Part shown: piece by piece, positions 39,161-49,735 of the stretch
Layout: the number at the start of each line of letters is the position of its first letter
How positions within the stretch are numbered: position 1 is the stretch's first letter
Assembly (NCBI GenBank): GCA_963664525.1
Contig: OY761535.1
Span: 2,703,314-2,767,313, forward strand
DNA: 64,000 bases
Direction of reading: 5' to 3'
Source of the DNA: Arenicellales bacterium
GTDB taxonomy: Bacteria > Pseudomonadota > Gammaproteobacteria > Arenicellales > JAJDZL01
Made by a program: the position numbers and the translations under genes
Notes under the pieces: generated by a model
Told to the model about the DNA's origin: nothing
The model's input: only the letters and a program-made list of their open reading frames with translations
Database searches by the model: none

Positions 39161-40333
39161 ATGAAATTCAGCAGCCTGACCAACCGCGTCGGCGGTGACG
39201 GAGCAGACGCATGGGATATCCACTACGCCGCCGTGGAACGTCAACGCAAAGGCGATGACATCATTATCCTGTCAATCGGACAGGAAATGGGTGAAGCCAC
39301 GCCAAAGTTGATCATTGATGCAGCAGTGCGCAGCCTTGATAACAACCGTCACCACTACAGCGAAATTGGCGGTGAGCCAGATCTTAAACAGCTCATTGCC
39401 GACCGCTATACCAAGCTGCTCAATCGCCCCATATCCACGGCCAATGTCGCAGTGATGTCGGGTGCCCAAAATGCGCTGTTTGCGACATCCCTGTGTACCC
39501 TTGAAGCCGGTGACGAGGTGGTCATAGTCGAGCCCTACTACGCCACCTATCCAGCAACGTTCTCTGTTGGTGGCGCCAAGGTCGTAACCGTGTCAACTCT
39601 ACCTGAACACGATTTTCTGCCATCGATTGACGATATTGCGCAAAAACTGACTGGCAAGACGCGCGCAATTGTGATCAACTCACCCCACAACCCCTCGGGG
39701 ATGGTTTATCCGACAGAATTGTTGATTCAGCTTGTCGAAATTTGCAAATCAGAAAAGATTTGGCTGATCAGTGATGAAGTGTATGCTTTTTTTGTCGAGC
39801 CTGGAGCATTCTGCTCACCCGCTGCCTTACCTGGAGCGTTCGAGCATTGCATCACCGTTTCCAGTATTTCAAAATCGCACCGCATGACCGGTTGGCGAGT
39901 CGGGTGGGTCGTCGCAAGCGAGCCGGTGATTGAACGTATTTTTAATCTTTCAGTCTGTATGAGTTATGGACTGCCGATGTTTACTCAAGATGCCACTTGT
40001 GCCGCACTCACCGTCGCAGCACAATTCGAGACTTCCGTTCGACTTCAAATCAATCGCAAAAGACAAAGGGTGATTTCAAACCTCAGTCAAATTGAGCGCG
40101 TCGTCATTCGCGGTTCGCAGGTCGGGATGTTTGTTACAGTCGATATCAGGCAATTGCCCATCAGCGCCAGTGATTTTGCCTGGAGACTGCTGGACGAGTA
40201 CGATGTTGCAGTACTGCCGTGTTCGGCTTTTGGACCGAGTGGCAACGGAATTTTCAGGCTCAATATCGGTGAATCCGATGAGTCTTTGCAAGCCGCGTGC
40301 GAACGAATTCGACAATTGGCAGCGAAACTCTGA
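39161..40333 (+). CDS. Class I/II PLP-dependent aminotransferase (aspartate aminotransferase-like)
   Basis: PLP-lysine motif 'SSISKSHRMTGWRVGW', 'NSPHNPSG', 'SDEVY'. Confidence 0.85.
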   Translation: MKFSSLTNRVGGDGADAWDIHYAAVERQRKGDDIIILSIGQEMGEATPKLIIDAAVRSLDNNRHHYSEIGGEPDLKQLIADRYTKLLNRPISTANVAVMSGAQNALFATSLCTLEAGDEVVIVEPYYATYPATFSVGGAKVVTVSTLPEHDFLPSIDDIAQKLTGKTRAIVINSPHNPSGMVYPTELLIQLVEICKSEKIWLISDEVYAFFVEPGAFCSPAALPGAFEHCITVSSISKSHRMTGWRVGWVVASEPVIERIFNLSVCMSYGLPMFTQDATCAALTVAAQFETSVRLQINRKRQRVISNLSQIERVVIRGSQVGMFVTVDIRQLPISASDFAWRLLDEYDVAVLPCSAFGPSGNGIFRLNIGESDESLQAACERIRQLAAKL

Positions 40334-40434
40334 GCAAGCATCCAATTCTTTAAACTCACTGTAATAAAATAAAAATCTCGTATACGAATGCACACTTTGT
40401 ACCGTCTCTAACAGCACTTATTTCGGCAAAATCC

Positions 40435-41637
40435 ATGCTAAGCGCGCCTATTTTTGACTCTGAACTTGAAGCATTCAGACAAACTGTTCGAAATTTTATC
40501 GTCGACAATTTGCCGGATGATATTCGCGAGATGGTCGCTTGTGAAAGAATGGATTTACCGCGCGAAGCACAGGTGCGATGGCACCGTATACTTAGAGATC
40601 GCGGCGGGTGGTGCTGCCCTTCTTGGCCAAAACAGTACGGTGGCCCTGGTTGGAGTGATGAACAACAGTACATCTTTGAACAGGAGCTATCTCTAAACGA
40701 TGCGCCGCGTCTGATGGTTTACGGTGTCGGCATGCTGGGGCCTACACTTTTCGAATATGGCACTAATCAGCAAAAAGAGCGCTTTCTTGGGGAGATTCTC
40801 AACGCCGAAACCTTTTGGTGCCAGGGGTTCTCGGAACCAAATTCAGGTTCAGACCTGGCCTCCCTGCAGTGTCGAATGACGCCAGACGGAGATGAATACG
40901 TTGTCAATGGATCAAAAATCTGGACCAGCGAAGCCCATTTGGCCGACTGGATTTTTGGCTTGTTTCGTTCCAGTGTTGGTGAACGCAAACAGCAGGGAAT
41001 CTCGTTTTTGATGATTGATCTGGCCTCTCCAGGTGTTTCTATTCAACCGCTTAAGATTTTTGAAGGCACTCACGAAGTCAATCAGGTGTTTTTCGAACAA
41101 GTGCGCGTGCCAAAGGAAAATGTCGTCGGTGAACCGGGTCAGGGTTGGGAGATCGGCAAATACCTGCTCAGTCTTGAACGATTTGGCACTGCCGAAGTGT
41201 CTCGCACCAAGGCCAGCATGAAACGACTGACGCACTTGGCTTTCGCAACTCAGCCAGATGGTGACCGCTTAATCGATCACGTCGACTTCGCCGAGCGTTA
41301 CTGTAGAATTGAGCGCTCCCTGCATGCGTTGGAGATGACCGAAAGGCGCTTGCTTTTGGGTCATCAGCGTTCCGAATCCATCGACACTGGCGCATCAATG
41401 CTGAAAATTCGAGGCACTGAAATTCAGTCAGACGTCTTTCGTCTGACAGCACAGGCGCATGCTCACTTTGCGACGATAGACATGGCGCAAAGCGAGACAT
41501 GTTTCCAGGCAGACCACCCGTACCTTGCCAGTGACGCCGCCAGAAACTATTTCAACTATCGTAAAACTCCCATTTACTCGGGCTCCAATGAAATTCAGCG
41601 CAACATCATTGCCAAAGCAGAACTTGGACTCGTGTAA
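40435..41637 (+). CDS. Acyl-CoA dehydrogenase family protein (first of a coupled pair)
   Basis: 'WPKQYGGPGWS', 'CQGFSEPNSGSDLAS', 'GSKIWTS' and C-terminal 'IYSGSNEIQRNIIA', which has Ser where MCAD has the catalytic Glu of 'YEGT'. Confidence 0.85.
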   Translation: MLSAPIFDSELEAFRQTVRNFIVDNLPDDIREMVACERMDLPREAQVRWHRILRDRGGWCCPSWPKQYGGPGWSDEQQYIFEQELSLNDAPRLMVYGVGMLGPTLFEYGTNQQKERFLGEILNAETFWCQGFSEPNSGSDLASLQCRMTPDGDEYVVNGSKIWTSEAHLADWIFGLFRSSVGERKQQGISFLMIDLASPGVSIQPLKIFEGTHEVNQVFFEQVRVPKENVVGEPGQGWEIGKYLLSLERFGTAEVSRTKASMKRLTHLAFATQPDGDRLIDHVDFAERYCRIERSLHALEMTERRLLLGHQRSESIDTGASMLKIRGTEIQSDVFRLTAQAHAHFATIDMAQSETCFQADHPYLASDAARNYFNYRKTPIYSGSNEIQRNIIAKAELGLV

Positions 41638-42791
41638 TGGTGGATTCTTCAATTTTTGAACAGCAATCGCTTATCGAAGATGCCGCGCGGCGATTCTTAC
41701 AAGACAATTATGTCTTTGCAGACCATCGCAAAATGGTCGCTGAACAGCCTGGATATTCTCGCAGCCAATGGCGAGAAATGGCCAAACTCGGATGGATGCT
41801 GTTACCGATTAGAGCCGAGTTTGATGGCTTGGGCGGTGACATGGCATTGATTGCGGCTCTTGCGAAAGAATTTGGCCGCTCACTTTATATCAGTCCATTT
41901 CTACCTTCTGCTGTAGTCTCATCGCAGTTGATCCAAGACTCCAGCAACGAGTCGATTCGCGACTCAATGCTAAACGGTATTGGAAGCGGTGAATTCATTA
42001 TCTCACCAGCACTGTATGAACCCCAATCGCGCTATAGCTTGGAAAATATCAAGTGCACCGCGCACAGGTACTCGGACAAAATCGTTTTAAACGGTAAAAA
42101 ATCAGCTGTTCTTTATGCCAATGCTGCCGATTCCTTTGTGGTGCTCGCCCGATTAAATGGCTCCAACGATTCGCATGACGATTTGCTGTGCCTGGTTCCA
42201 TCAAACCACGATGGCGTTAAGTTAACCCATTACCGCACCCACGATGGCGCCAGTATGTCCGCACTGACGCTGAGCAATGTATCGCTGCAAGAAAACAGGG
42301 TTCTGCTTTGCACAAGCGCAGTGTATCAGTCAGTTGAACGAGCCATAGGCTTCGCCAATGCATCAATTTGCGCAGAATTGGTCGGCGCAATGGAGGCTAT
42401 CATGGAAATAACCCTGGAGTACGTCAAAACGCGTGCTCAGTTCGGGAAAAAATTAAGTTCATTTCAGTCCTTGCAGCATCGTTTAGTCGATATGTTCATC
42501 CGCTGCCAGCTGGCAGAATCCATGAGCCGCGAAGCTCTTCGTGCAACACAGTTGCGCGACCGAACAGAACGTGAAATGATAATTTGTGCAGCGAAGTGTG
42601 AAATTGCGCGCGCCGCACTGTTAAATGCCGAAGAAGCCGTGCAACTGCATGGCGCCATGGGCATGATGGAAGAAATGCCGGTCGGACACTACCTTAAAAG
42701 AATTTTCACACTCAGTTTATTATTTGGTGATGCCGATTATCATCAAGCCCGTTACCGTGATCTTAGATTACAGGCATCCAGATTGAACTGA
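41637..42791 (+). CDS. Acyl-CoA dehydrogenase family protein (second of a coupled pair)
   Basis: The start ATG shares one base with the upstream TAA (TAATG). ACAD fold-like ('FGKKLSSFQSLQHRLVDM', 'AVQLHGAMGMMEE'). The C-terminal 'LLFGDADYHQ' replaces the 'YEGTxxIQ' motif. Confidence 0.75.
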   Translation: MVDSSIFEQQSLIEDAARRFLQDNYVFADHRKMVAEQPGYSRSQWREMAKLGWMLLPIRAEFDGLGGDMALIAALAKEFGRSLYISPFLPSAVVSSQLIQDSSNESIRDSMLNGIGSGEFIISPALYEPQSRYSLENIKCTAHRYSDKIVLNGKKSAVLYANAADSFVVLARLNGSNDSHDDLLCLVPSNHDGVKLTHYRTHDGASMSALTLSNVSLQENRVLLCTSAVYQSVERAIGFANASICAELVGAMEAIMEITLEYVKTRAQFGKKLSSFQSLQHRLVDMFIRCQLAESMSREALRATQLRDRTEREMIICAAKCEIARAALLNAEEAVQLHGAMGMMEEMPVGHYLKRIFTLSLLFGDADYHQARYRDLRLQASRLN

Positions 42792-42829
42792 AACATCAAT
42801 TTGAGCGAAACCAATAAGAATTCTGATCA

Positions 42830-43213
42830 ATGACTATGGACAATGTTTACGATATCCAGGTTGACGTAAAAACCCATTATCTCGCTGATCGTTCGGACCC
42901 GTCCGATCATCGATTTGTTTTTGCTTACACCATCACCATCGCCAACCGAGGATCAGTCGGTGCACAATTGCTGAAACGAACCTGGGTGGTTACCGACAGC
43001 GATGAACAAGTACAAAATGTTCACGGTGATGGCGTGGTCGGCGAACAGCCGCACCTGATGCCAGGAGAAGCCTTTCAGTACACCAGTGGAACCGTACTGG
43101 AGACGCCGGTCGGTACTATGGAGGGCAGTTACACCATGCTTGCCGATGATGGCACTCGTTTTGAAGCAATAATTCCGTTATTTGTTCTATCTGCCAAGCG
43201 CACCTTACACTGA
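42830..43213 (+). CDS. apaG: ApaG (DUF525) protein
   Basis: 'FVFAYTITIANRG', 'RTWVVTDSDEQVQNVHGDGVVGEQP', 'PGEAFQYTSG', ~125 aa. Confidence 0.85.
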   Translation: MTMDNVYDIQVDVKTHYLADRSDPSDHRFVFAYTITIANRGSVGAQLLKRTWVVTDSDEQVQNVHGDGVVGEQPHLMPGEAFQYTSGTVLETPVGTMEGSYTMLADDGTRFEAIIPLFVLSAKRTLH

Positions 43214-43223
43214 ATCAGGCTTG

Positions 43224-45692
<2,469 letters not shown>

Positions 45693-45796
45693 TTAATCAA
45701 ATCTTTCCCGCATCATCTGACGGTGCGAATTTGAGTGTTCGGAGTGGAAGTTTTTGGCCGGTGTGTTTGGCCGATGTCAAAAGGAATCAAGCGATG

Positions 45797-47011
45797 TTAA
45801 CCGTCCTTTAACAACATCACCAGAAAACTTGTTGACGTGTCTTCGGGGAACTTGACCTGGCAAGCTGCTTGTGAGTCGCGCAGATACAAATCGACACTTT
45901 CGCACTCCGGCATCGCCTCTAGCGCATCCAGGAGATAGCGGTAATTGACCTGGAACTTGTGCTTTCCGGCATTTTCTAACACGTTCATTGAGTGTTCGAC
46001 TTTCTTTTGGACAATATCTGCGCGCATAACCAACTGTGTGTCATCAACATCGACGCTTGCGGCGATGCGGTTTTTGTTGACATCCTTTTGCGACATGCTC
46101 AAAATACCAACGAGCTTCAAGCCGTCGGACAACTCGCTGCGGTCTGCTCGAAAGGCAAGTTCCAAGTTACCGGGCACCGCTGCTCGCCAATCAGGAAATG
46201 CACCTTCCAATAATTTCGAAGTAAACGAATAACTCGGCGTAGACACCTGGATATGCGTGCCTTTGAAACGCAGCGTCACTCTGGAAGCCAGCGTTCCAAG
46301 TACTTTACTCAGTTCCAGTGCGGTTTTGCGGGGCAGTACCGCACGGTGTCGAAGATCGCTGTCGCCAATTTCCGAGTCCAGCATGGATTCACTGATCGCC
46401 ATGCGATGTCCATCGGTCGTTACCGCACGCACGACATTATTGGTGATCTCGAACAAGGTGGCGTTCAGATACATGCGAGGCTCATTTTGCCCCATGGCGT
46501 GTTCGGTGCGCTTGAGAATATTGCGCAGCGCAAATCGATCCATATCAAACTGCAAGTCCCAGTCCCCTTCACCGACACGCAGATAAGGAAAATCTTCGGC
46601 ATCAAGCAGTGTTTCAGTCAATGCATTCCTGTGTTGTTCGATGGATGTACCGGGATGCGTTGCATCACCATTGGCAACTGGAACATGTTCAGCTGCCTTC
46701 GTATCCACATTTTCGACAACCAACTCCGTGTCGTTCTGACTAAAGTCAAGGCGACTGCCATTGGGTTGACGTCTGCAGTATTCCAGCAGCATCTGTGCGG
46801 AACAGACGAACTTACCGCTGTCTGAGACCTCAACGTCATCAATCTGCTCACTGGCTTCAATGTCGATATTCGATCCCCACAGGCGAATACCACCAGGCGT
46901 CGATTCAATCAATATCTGCGCCAAAATCGGAATAGTCGGCCCCGTATCAATGACAGAAGTAACACGACTCAATGGGTCGATCAGTGCATCTTTTTCAATC
47001 AGGAATCGCAT
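45797..47011 (-). CDS. dnaN: DNA polymerase III beta sliding clamp (404 aa, with an insertion)
   Basis: Collinear with E. coli DnaN ('PTIPILAQILIE', 'RMYLNATLFE', 'VTTDGHRMA', 'FTSKLLEGAFPDW', 'FQVNYRYLLDAL'). There is extra sequence around 'VDTKAAEHVPVANGDATHPGTSIEQHRNALTETLL'. Confidence 0.9.
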   Translation of the reverse strand: MRFLIEKDALIDPLSRVTSVIDTGPTIPILAQILIESTPGGIRLWGSNIDIEASEQIDDVEVSDSGKFVCSAQMLLEYCRRQPNGSRLDFSQNDTELVVENVDTKAAEHVPVANGDATHPGTSIEQHRNALTETLLDAEDFPYLRVGEGDWDLQFDMDRFALRNILKRTEHAMGQNEPRMYLNATLFEITNNVVRAVTTDGHRMAISESMLDSEIGDSDLRHRAVLPRKTALELSKVLGTLASRVTLRFKGTHIQVSTPSYSFTSKLLEGAFPDWRAAVPGNLELAFRADRSELSDGLKLVGILSMSQKDVNKNRIAASVDVDDTQLVMRADIVQKKVEHSMNVLENAGKHKFQVNYRYLLDALEAMPECESVDLYLRDSQAACQVKFPEDTSTSFLVMLLKDG

Positions 47012-47304
47012 TGCAATCTAACAAGATATATACATATTTATTCTATTTTTATTGTTTGGTCTGTGAAGAACGTAAACAACCCCAAAAATAGAAAGTGGAT
47101 CAATGGGATAAATCGCCAATTTCTGTGAACTATTCAGTGAGGCGAAAGTGGAAGAGTGTAAATGAATTTCAACTTGAAATGAACTCAACAGTAGTTGTTC
47201 ACACTGACTTACAAATTATACACTCACTGCCTGTAATTTATGCATATTCCAGTGTTGTTTCGGCAACTTGGCACTGATGATGTCAGTTGTGTCTGCCTCG
47301 ATGC
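47012..47304. promoter_or_regulatory. 293-bp AT-rich dnaA-dnaN spacer with degenerate DnaA-box-like 9-mers
   Basis: AT-rich tract at 47021-47057 (ACAAGATATATACATATTTATTCTATTTTTATTG). 9-mers one mismatch from TTWTNCACA/TGTGNAWAA: TGTGAAGAA (47062-47070) and TTGTTCACA (47195-47203). Weaker ones: AGTGGATCA (47094-47102) and TGTGAACTA (47124-47132). Confidence 0.3.
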
Positions 47305-48675
47305 TTATTGAGTGAACTGATCTTGCAGGTTCTGGTATTCATCCCGAAAGCGTTTGTCTTTCTTTATTCGTTCTGCTACTCTTTTTTTTGCATAAAGCAC
47401 CGTGACGTGATCTTTCCCGCCAAACGCTTTCCCGATATCAGGCAGGCTCTTGCTGGTAAATTCGCGTGCTAAACTCATGGCAACCTGGCGGGGCAATACA
47501 ATGTCGGCACGTCTGTTTTTCGACAGCATATCCTTGAGACGGATCCCGTAAAAGTGCGATACGGTCTGTTGAATGAATTCGATCGTAATCGGCCGTTTGT
47601 TAAATTCCAAAAGATCAGACAATTGCTCTTTGACAAATCCGATTGAAATGTCCCTGCCCGTCAGGCGATGGCCGGCCGACAGCGTGTTCAGTGCCCCTTC
47701 AAGTTCCCTGACGCTCGCCGTGATATTCTCGGCCAGGTAGCGCGACACTTCCGGTTTGAGGTGTATTGCGCGTAATTTTGCCTTGGTTTCCAAAATGGCA
47801 ACACGCGTTTCGAGCTCTGGTGGCCAGATTCTCACCGTCAGCCCCTGACTGAGTCGGGATTTGATACGATCTTCGACCTGTTCGATTTCCTTGGGAAACT
47901 TATCGCTGGTGATAATGATCTGTTTGCCACCTTCGAGCAGCAAATTGAAAGTCTGCAAGAATTCTGCCTGTGATGCCTCTTTGCCTGAAAAAAGATGAAT
48001 ATCGTCGATCAGCAGGGCATCAAGCTGCCGGTAAGCATTCTTCATTCGCTCGGCAACTTCGTTGTTCCGATTCAACATGGCATTGATGATGTGCTGCACG
48101 AAATTTTGTGCATTCACATAACCGATTTTAGAATCCGGGTCTTTTGCTTTGAGCGCGTGTGCGGCCGCCTGCATCAGATGAGTTTTACCAATGCCGACAT
48201 CACCATAGATAAATAACGGGTTATACTCTCGTTTCCCAGGCTCTGTGCTGGCTGCTTCGGCTGTAAATCTCGCAAGTTTGTTCGATTCGCCGACGATGTG
48301 CTGTTCAAAAGTAAATATGGGGTTCAGCGGGCTGAAACCAAACTGGAGCTTACCATCGCGTTTAGCGGAATGATTCTTCTGGATTTGGGATTTGGTTTGC
48401 TTGCCTGAACCTTTCTTCTGATTTGCGCCACCGATGGATTCCATCTCGATTTTGACTGCGACACGGTCGCCCTGGTAAGCGCAGGCCAGTTCCGTAATTC
48501 GATCCAGCCATTTTGATTCAACGCCGGTTTTCACATAGGAATTGGGAGCCCGAAGTACCAATGTACCGTCTTCGGAGGCAACACTCAGTGTCCGCAACCA
48601 GGCATAGTGGTCTTTTTCACTGACCTCCAGTTCCAGTTGTCTTAAGACAGTTTCCCACAAAATCGATGGCACCAT
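47305..48675 (-). CDS. dnaA: Chromosomal replication initiator DnaA
   Basis: AAA+ Walker A 'GDVGIGKTHL', 'LLIDDIHLFSGKEASQ', 'RSRLSQGL'. DNA-binding domain IV 'IVLPRQVAMSLAREFT..SLPDIGKAFGGKDHVTVLYA'. Confidence 0.95.
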   Translation of the reverse strand: MVPSILWETVLRQLELEVSEKDHYAWLRTLSVASEDGTLVLRAPNSYVKTGVESKWLDRITELACAYQGDRVAVKIEMESIGGANQKKGSGKQTKSQIQKNHSAKRDGKLQFGFSPLNPIFTFEQHIVGESNKLARFTAEAASTEPGKREYNPLFIYGDVGIGKTHLMQAAAHALKAKDPDSKIGYVNAQNFVQHIINAMLNRNNEVAERMKNAYRQLDALLIDDIHLFSGKEASQAEFLQTFNLLLEGGKQIIITSDKFPKEIEQVEDRIKSRLSQGLTVRIWPPELETRVAILETKAKLRAIHLKPEVSRYLAENITASVRELEGALNTLSAGHRLTGRDISIGFVKEQLSDLLEFNKRPITIEFIQQTVSHFYGIRLKDMLSKNRRADIVLPRQVAMSLAREFTSKSLPDIGKAFGGKDHVTVLYAKKRVAERIKKDKRFRDEYQNLQDQFTQ

Positions 48676-48901
48676 CGCAATACGGCTCGACTACTCCCAC
48701 TGCATGACGTCGGGTTCAATGACTGAACACCGAGTAAAGGAAAAAATTCAACGTTTGCGCTTTTGAGCAAGTTTGCGTATTGACAGGCTTGCTTAACGGC
48801 AAATTTGCACACACTTCGTTACTATGCTATCTTACAACAACGGGCAGTGGTCAAGAGCAAAGATTTAACTGAATTTTCACTCCAATTGTCATTTTTGCGT
48901 T

Positions 48902-48910
48902 TGCTATAAT
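48902..48910 (+). promoter_or_regulatory. Candidate extended -10 promoter element (TGcTATAAT) for rpmH
   Basis: TGCTATAAT read at 48902-48910, ~105 nt upstream of the rpmH ATG. No well-spaced -35 was found (TTGTCA at 48886-48891 is only 13 nt away). Confidence 0.3.
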
Positions 48911-48938
48911 TTTCCATTCTGTTTTGCGCATGACTGAT

Positions 48939-48966
48939 GCCGGCGATGCCGGCTTCCCGTTTTTGG
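48939..48966 (+). terminator. Terminator-like hairpin in the rpmH leader (GCCGGC-gat-GCCGGC + T-tract)
   Basis: A tandem 9-mer GATGCCGGC x2 (48936-48953) forms a 6-bp GC stem with a 3-nt loop, followed by TTCCCGTTTTTGG. Confidence 0.3.
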
Positions 48967-49015
48967 TCGGTCGTCAGGCATTTCACAAATTCACTTTTTC
49001 TGGTTTATTTATCTT

Positions 49016-49150
49016 ATGAAACGCACCTTTCAGCCAAGTAATTTGAAACGCAAACGTAAGCACGGGTTCCGGGCCCGCATGCGTACTCGAGGCGGGCGAG
49101 CAGTGATCAACTCACGCAGAGCCAAGGGCCGTTCGCGTTTAAGTGCATGA
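49016..49150 (+). CDS. rpmH: 50S ribosomal protein L34
   Basis: Not in the ORF track because it is under 60 aa. Translated by hand: [44 protein letters not shown], the canonical L34 sequence. It lies upstream of rnpA. Confidence 0.95.
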   Translation: MKRTFQPSNLKRKRKHGFRARMRTRGGRAVINSRRAKGRSRLSA

Positions 49151-49511
49151 CGCTCACAAGGCAACCACAGATTTTCAACTGCCAAAACGCGCGCGACTGA
49201 AGGACTTATCCGAGTTTCGGGCAGTTTTCAGTCAACACAAAAGAGTTTCAAACCGTTATTTCCGCATACTGGTCCGATACAGGCAAGATCAGCCAGATTC
49301 GCGGATCGGAATCATTGTTTCACGTCGTGTATCGCGCAAGGCCGTTAATCGCAACCGGATCAAACGTCAAGTGCGTGAAGCGTACCGGCTGAATCGACCA
49401 GCCTTGAAAAAGAAAGATTTGGTTGTCATTGCGCATCGCAGCTGCGAAACAGCAAACAATAGCGAACTTTATGCCAACATGGTCAAACTGCTCCGTCAAC
49501 TGAAAACATGA
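49143..49511 (+). CDS. rnpA: Ribonuclease P protein component
   Basis: '[29 protein letters not shown]' (RNR motif). Position rpmH-rnpA-yidD. GTG start overlaps the rpmH end. Confidence 0.9.
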   Translation: MHDAHKATTDFQLPKRARLKDLSEFRAVFSQHKRVSNRYFRILVRYRQDQPDSRIGIIVSRRVSRKAVNRNRIKRQVREAYRLNRPALKKKDLVVIAHRSCETANNSELYANMVKLLRQLKT

Positions 49512-49735
49512 AACGCCTGTTGATCATTGCTGTCAAGATTTATCGTTATGCGATCAGCCCGTTCATGGCACCGTGTTGTCGATTTCACCCGAGCTGTTCC
49601 ACTTATGCGCTCGAGGCGATTGAGCACTATGGAGCGATCAAAGGCAGTTGGTACTCGATCCGCCGAATCGGACGTTGTCACCCATGGAATCCAGGCGGAT
49701 ACGATCCCGTTCCAGGTACGACGGAGCGTAACTGA
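49508..49735 (+). CDS. yidD: Membrane protein insertion efficiency factor YidD
   Basis: '[56 protein letters not shown]'. Confidence 0.95.
   Translation: MKRLLIIAVKIYRYAISPFMAPCCRFHPSCSTYALEAIEHYGAIKGSWYSIRRIGRCHPWNPGGYDPVPGTTERN

Noticed and set aside
48676-49015. oriC in the rpmH-dnaA intergenic region (the Pseudomonas-type position)
   Set aside because: No 9-mer within one mismatch of TTATCCACA/TTWTNCACA was found on either strand (the best candidates, e.g. CATTTCACA, have two or more mismatches). There is no obvious AT-rich 13-mer-like DUE and no GATC clustering. The region cannot be called an origin from sequence alone.
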